This document shows positions 63,001-64,000 of a stretch of 64,000 nucleotides of DNA, piece after piece. The stretch covers positions 25,940,704 to 26,004,703 of the forward strand of contig CM074521.1 of the NCBI GenBank assembly GCA_037379345.1, written 5' to 3'. Under the pieces are notes generated by a model. It saw only the letters and a program-made list of their open reading frames with translations, did no database searches and was not told the origin of the DNA. The position numbers and the translations under genes were made by a program. Each line of letters starts with the position of its first letter. The first letter of the stretch is position 1. The DNA is from Perna viridis (lineage: Eukaryota).

Positions 63001-63501
63001 CTGTTGTGCCAGAAGTAGTTCCTTGTGTAGTTGGTGAAGCAGTGGTACCCGATGTGGTCTGACTAGCTGTTGTGCCAGATGTAGAACTTTGTGTGGTAGT
63101 AGGAGGAGGAGTGGTTCGTGGAGCAGTGGTACCTGATGTGGTTTGACTAGCTGTTGTGCCAGAAGTAGTTCCTTGTGTAGTTGGTGAAGCAGTGGTACCC
63201 GATGTGGTCTGACTGGCTGTTGTGCCAGTTGTAGAACTTTGTGTGGTAGAACTTGGAGGAGTGGTTGGTGGAGCAGTGGTACCTGATGTAGTCAGACTAG
63301 CTGTTGTTCCAGAAGTAGTTCCTTGTGTAGTTTGTGGAGCAGTAGTTCCTGATGTGGTCTGACTAGCTGTTGTACCTGATGTAGAACCTGTAGTTGTTGT
63401 AACAGAGGTTGTACCTTGTGTGGTCGGAGGAGCAGTGGTACCAGATGTTGTCTCGCTAACTGTTGCAGTTGTGGTTCCTACAGTTGTTGTTGAAGGTGTA
63501 C
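18041..63501 (-). CDS. giant secreted mucin / SCO-spondin-like protein (PTS repeats, three Cys-bounded discoidin-like domains, 6 TSP1, 2 TIL, VWC-like modules, C-terminal cystine knot); 5'-partial, ~44 exons, ~5,200 aa in window
   Basis: Chain of GT-AG exons with matching phases from 63501 to the stop at 18041 (only the donor of the exon starting at 37145 is ambiguous). TSP1 WxxWxxC..TC..G motifs, TIL Cys pattern, CTCK CxGxC/CxCC/CxC pattern, and more than 11 kb of Thr-rich PTS coding sequence. Confidence 0.88.
18133..18461 (-). mobile_element. retroelement 3'-end repeat, copy 3
   Basis: Full-length homolog of 3064-3397. Confidence 0.8.
19188..19481 (-). CDS. C-terminal cystine knot (CTCK) exon
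   Basis: TCK...GCE...YCAGGCG...NCKCCTG...KCEG...KCECNSC, 11 Cys; ag|AC...ACA G|gtatga. Confidence 0.92.
20115..20509. mobile_element. TTAA-flanked MITE family B, copy 2
   Basis: ttaa|gtaacagtc ... gattggtaa|ttaa; internal homology to 13562-13960. Confidence 0.72.
20746..20800 (-). CDS. VWC C-terminal part (GEELVKDGECCHRCQPIT)
   Basis: tatag|GGA...ACA G|gtaagc; CCxxC motif. Confidence 0.85.
21371..21481 (-). CDS. VWC N-terminal part (NGQTWPNPENKCEICEC...)
   Basis: ttcacag|AAT...TTT|gtgagt. Confidence 0.88.
21828..22027 (-). CDS. TIL domain exon
   Basis: CDKDHEKWTNYSYCQKTCANR...CTKEEQGCICEDGYVLNHNNTCVKEEQCVC; tttacag|...GAG|gtaaag. Confidence 0.9.
22485..22637 (-). CDS. TSP1 exon
   Basis: CLYDNWTDWSDCTATCGLGIKERTK; phase 1/1. 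Confidence 0.9.
23244..23619. mobile_element. TTAA-flanked MITE family A, copy 2
   Basis: ttaa|gtaaaagtgtttgtaagaatctggca ... tgcctgattcttacagatactgacac|ttaa. Confidence 0.78.
23659..23814 (-). CDS. TSP1 exon
   Basis: CEVSPWSNWGDCTQTCGTGTQVRLR; phase 1/1. Confidence 0.9.
24099..24266 (-). CDS. TSP1 exon
   Basis: VDGSWEEWTKWTSCSKSCEGGETVRTRQCNNPVPQCGGSMCPG; phase 1/1. Confidence 0.92.
24739..24791 (-). CDS. short VWC-like exon (CTCLTLGSIFCSKDPSKV)
   Basis: ttttcag|C ACA TGT...GTT G|gtaagc; phase 2 to 1, required to bridge 25671 and 24266. Confidence 0.82.
25671..25832 (-). CDS. TSP1 C-half + VWC-like start
   Basis: RTLLKGQTDGSCGQNMETKICT...CEHEGKYYAIGETVPGGDECST; phase 2/2. Confidence 0.85.
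26030..26267 (-). mobile_element. retroelement 3'-end repeat, copy 4 (cut by the next element)
   Basis: Homology to 3064-3304 stops where acaagaggctcccaggagcc begins. Confidence 0.78.
26268..27131. mobile_element. Helentron-like element with ~313-bp internal duplicated unit
   Basis: Terminus acaagaggctcccaggagcctgaatcgctcacctg with a short hairpin; blocks 26620-26810 and 26932-27131 are homologous. Confidence 0.65.
27510..27585 (-). CDS. TSP1 N-half exon
   Basis: CEWEEWTNWGSCSKSCGQGTSHRHR; phase 1 to 2. Confidence 0.88.
27712..28097. mobile_element. TTAA-flanked MITE family B, copy 3
   Basis: taaa|gtaccagtc ... gactggtag|ttaa. Confidence 0.75.
28564..28607 (-). CDS. short VWC-like exon (CKCYKGEISCYIKTDC)
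   Basis: tttacag|C AAA TGT...GAC T|gtaagt; phase 2 to 1. Confidence 0.82.
29127..29379 (-). CDS. TIL + VWC-like start exon
   Basis: CVPPKVQTSCIQKCPGTCKGL...CVEQEECTVGCGCPDGMVRDDNDECVVEADCPC; phase 1 to 2. Confidence 0.9.
29706..29849 (-). CDS. short TSP1 exon
   Basis: CEAWGNWSDCSSTDCLQGERTRTRKC; phase 1/1. Confidence 0.87.
30211..30554. mobile_element. Tc1/mariner(pogo)-type MITE, TA target duplication, ~25-bp TIRs
   Basis: ta|cagtccttgaaccgatccgcacaac ... gttgcacggatcggttcaggtactg|ta. Confidence 0.85.
30764..30916 (-). CDS. TSP1 exon
   Basis: EYSEWSDWTDCTKSCDNGAKTRTR; phase 1/1. Confidence 0.9.
31360..31409 (-). CDS. short VWC-like exon (CTCMDSGDLSCIYGTCEC)
   Basis: ttttag|T ACT TGT...GAA T|gtaagt; phase 2 to 1. 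Confidence 0.82.
31961..32138 (-). CDS. atypical VWC-like start exon (YCVLTSE...GTVVITPNCGNC)
   Basis: cttccag|GA TAC...AAC TG|gtaagc; open, phase 1 to 2. Confidence 0.82.
32961..33008 (-). CDS. short Thr-rich exon
   Basis: tttttag|TT ACC ACC...ATT G|gtaagt; 48 nt, phase 1/1. Confidence 0.75.
34005..34118 (-). CDS. Thr/Ser-rich exon
   Basis: ttttcag|TT ACA TCA...TCA G|gttagg; 114 nt, phase 1/1. Confidence 0.78.
34946..35081 (-). CDS. globular (discoidin/F5-8C-like) domain 3, C-half
   Basis: VYNGNEEVVFDVNTRAVAMIISVLSKVDNTKDYSLDLEVRACFEQ; phase 0 to 1. Confidence 0.82.
35463..35767 (-). CDS. globular domain 3, N-half
   Basis: VQTTSTTPVSNPCTSEEGMKNP...KPPVPYKNGE|gtgtgt; phase 1 to 0. Confidence 0.82.
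36681..37145 (-). CDS. PTS exon ending the 859-bp array (donor site uncertain)
   Basis: Same aag acceptor and 5' half as the array exons. No GTGATT donor; weak phase-1 donors at 36723, 36693 and 36681; read-through stops at TAG 36625-36627. Confidence 0.6.
37567..38037 (-). CDS. 471-nt PTS array exon
   Basis: aag|...ACA G|gtgatt, 157 codons, phase 1/1. Confidence 0.8.
38426..38896 (-). CDS. 471-nt PTS array exon
   Basis: Same boundaries, +859 bp. Confidence 0.8.
39285..39755 (-). CDS. 471-nt PTS array exon
   Basis: Same boundaries. Confidence 0.8.
40144..40614 (-). CDS. 471-nt PTS array exon
   Basis: Same boundaries. Confidence 0.8.
41000..41470 (-). CDS. 471-nt PTS array exon
   Basis: Same boundaries. 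Confidence 0.8.
41858..42328 (-). CDS. 471-nt PTS array exon
   Basis: Same boundaries. Confidence 0.8.
42717..43187 (-). CDS. 471-nt PTS array exon
   Basis: Same boundaries. Confidence 0.8.
43576..44046 (-). CDS. 471-nt PTS array exon
   Basis: Same boundaries. Confidence 0.8.
44433..44834 (-). CDS. 402-nt PTS exon heading the 859-bp array
   Basis: tttag|GT ACA TCA GTT ACC ACT CCT CCA CCT...ACA G|gtgatt; unique 5' half, shared 3' half. Confidence 0.83.
45333..45383 (-). CDS. short Thr-rich exon
   Basis: ttttag|CA ACC ACA...TCA G|gtaaga; 51 nt. Confidence 0.78.
45715..45868 (-). CDS. globular domain 2, C-half
   Basis: QSFSTKDAINTIGLNFQMKSADSLVIFFKPMTDISTPGSLSDVTFRVCYTP|gtgaga. Confidence 0.85.
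46858..47129 (-). CDS. globular domain 2, N-half
   Basis: VCEHPKIFDYNNNDDSDLVITSSNEKPG...VFVDGSFSTVNIAEVTISL; phase 1 to 0. Confidence 0.85.
47482..47517 (-). CDS. 36-nt Thr/Ser linker micro-exon
   Basis: ccatag|GT ACA ACT...TCA G|gtaagt. Confidence 0.72.
48189..48224 (-). CDS. 36-nt Thr linker micro-exon
   Basis: ttttag|GA ACA GCT...ACT G|gtaatg. Confidence 0.72.
49187..49337 (-). CDS. globular domain 1, C-half
   Basis: KIYQTKDLSNVFTMDFRMQEADVLRVTVKPKINISTPPGLIVEFRVCYTP|gtaagt. Confidence 0.85.
49745..50025 (-). CDS. globular domain 1, N-half
   Basis: LCENPKTINYSAKDDKDLQIEISNGKPG...SFVDGTFETINIEEITVSL...EK|gtatga. Confidence 0.85.
51265..51342 (-). CDS. 78-nt PTS exon
   Basis: tttcag|AA TCA ACT ACA GGA...TTA G|gtaaac. 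Confidence 0.78.
51730..52260 (-). pseudogene. heavily decayed PTS pseudo-exon (boundaries approximate)
   Basis: Scattered remnants of the PTS motif (plus strand cctgatgtagttcct, ggtggtacctga, agcagtggtacc) with no open frame. Confidence 0.5.
53441..54403 (-). pseudogene. frameshifted PTS pseudo-exon, paralog of the large PTS exons
   Basis: Starts ESTTDQTTPPPPPTG after ctcccag and ends at CAG|gtaatg. Frameshift near 54250 gives TAG at 54153-54155, with further indels downstream. Confidence 0.8.
54680..55720 (-). CDS. large PTS exon (1041 nt)
   Basis: cttccag|AA TCA ACA ACA GGA...ACA G|gtaatt; length divisible by 3. Confidence 0.83.
55985..57490 (-). CDS. large PTS exon (1506 nt)
   Basis: Same acceptor; ACG G|gtaagt donor; divisible by 3. 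Confidence 0.85.
57972..59288 (-). CDS. large PTS exon (1317 nt)
   Basis: Same acceptor and donor; divisible by 3. Confidence 0.85.
59759..61867 (-). CDS. large PTS exon (2109 nt)
   Basis: Same acceptor and donor; divisible by 3. Confidence 0.85.
62338..63501 (-). CDS. large PTS exon (1164 nt), most 5' exon visible
   Basis: ttttaag|GT ACA CCT TCA...ACG G|gtaagt; divisible by 3. Confidence 0.83.
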
Positions 63502-64000
63502 CTTAAAAATGATGGTAAATTAAAGTAACTGACTTGGAGAGTAAAAAGAATAAATAAACTATTGTCATTTATAACAATAATTTCATCAGGTGAATTTGAA
63601 AAGAAAAAAATACATAGTTCAACACCAATATTTATAATTAATACGACAGTAGAACTGCCAAATTGTCAAAAAATTAAAAATGGGCTTCTTTCTTTTTTAA
63701 CTACAAGGTTGTATTAACAATCCTTATGTTTGGTTAATACTATGAACTACTTGACCTAATAACCAACAAGAAAATTGGTATTTAACCAGTAGTAAATACA
63801 GTAATGTCTTTGTTTCTTCATAAAGCCAAACAATCAAGCAAGGTTTCAACAAAATCCCATTTAGGGAGGATAATGATTTTTGATGTGCCAAATTATGAAA
63901 AAAAATATCTACTTTTTTTAAACATTGAACAATTGCAAAAGAACCTATACTGATTTTATCAAATAATGCTTTTACTGCAAGAAATAAAGTAAAAACATTT

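Overview
AT-rich, intron-containing animal genomic DNA. The repeat types resemble those of bivalve molluscs such as oysters; this is inference, not an identification. Two genes face each other tail-to-tail. (1) On the + strand is a complete 8-coding-exon CARD-containing initiator caspase (caspase-2/9-like, 2693-15692, 418 aa) with intact SHG/QACRG catalytic motifs and consistent exon phases. (2) On the - strand is the 3' ~46 kb of a giant secreted mucin / SCO-spondin-like gene whose 5' end lies beyond 64000. About 44 coding exons (~5,200 aa) can be traced by GT-AG and phase matching. In protein order they encode: five 1.0-2.1 kb Thr/Ser/Gly/Pro/Gln (PTS) exons; two ~140-aa Cys-bounded globular domains; a tandem array of ~859-bp exon+intron units (eight 471-nt phase-1/1 exons plus two flanking parent exons); a third discoidin-like domain; TSP1/TIL/VWC modules; an 11-Cys cystine knot; and a tail ending -GKR*. 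Decayed PTS pseudo-exons lie next to the intact ones. The introns hold a 14x103-bp tandem array, an RTE-type LINE fossil with an internal 17-bp minisatellite, Helentron-like satellite carriers, TTAA- and TA-flanked MITEs, and a structured ~330-bp retroelement 3'-end repeat. Most entries in the ORF track are antisense or frame shadows, or intron read-through. All gene models were read by hand from the sequence and have no transcript support.
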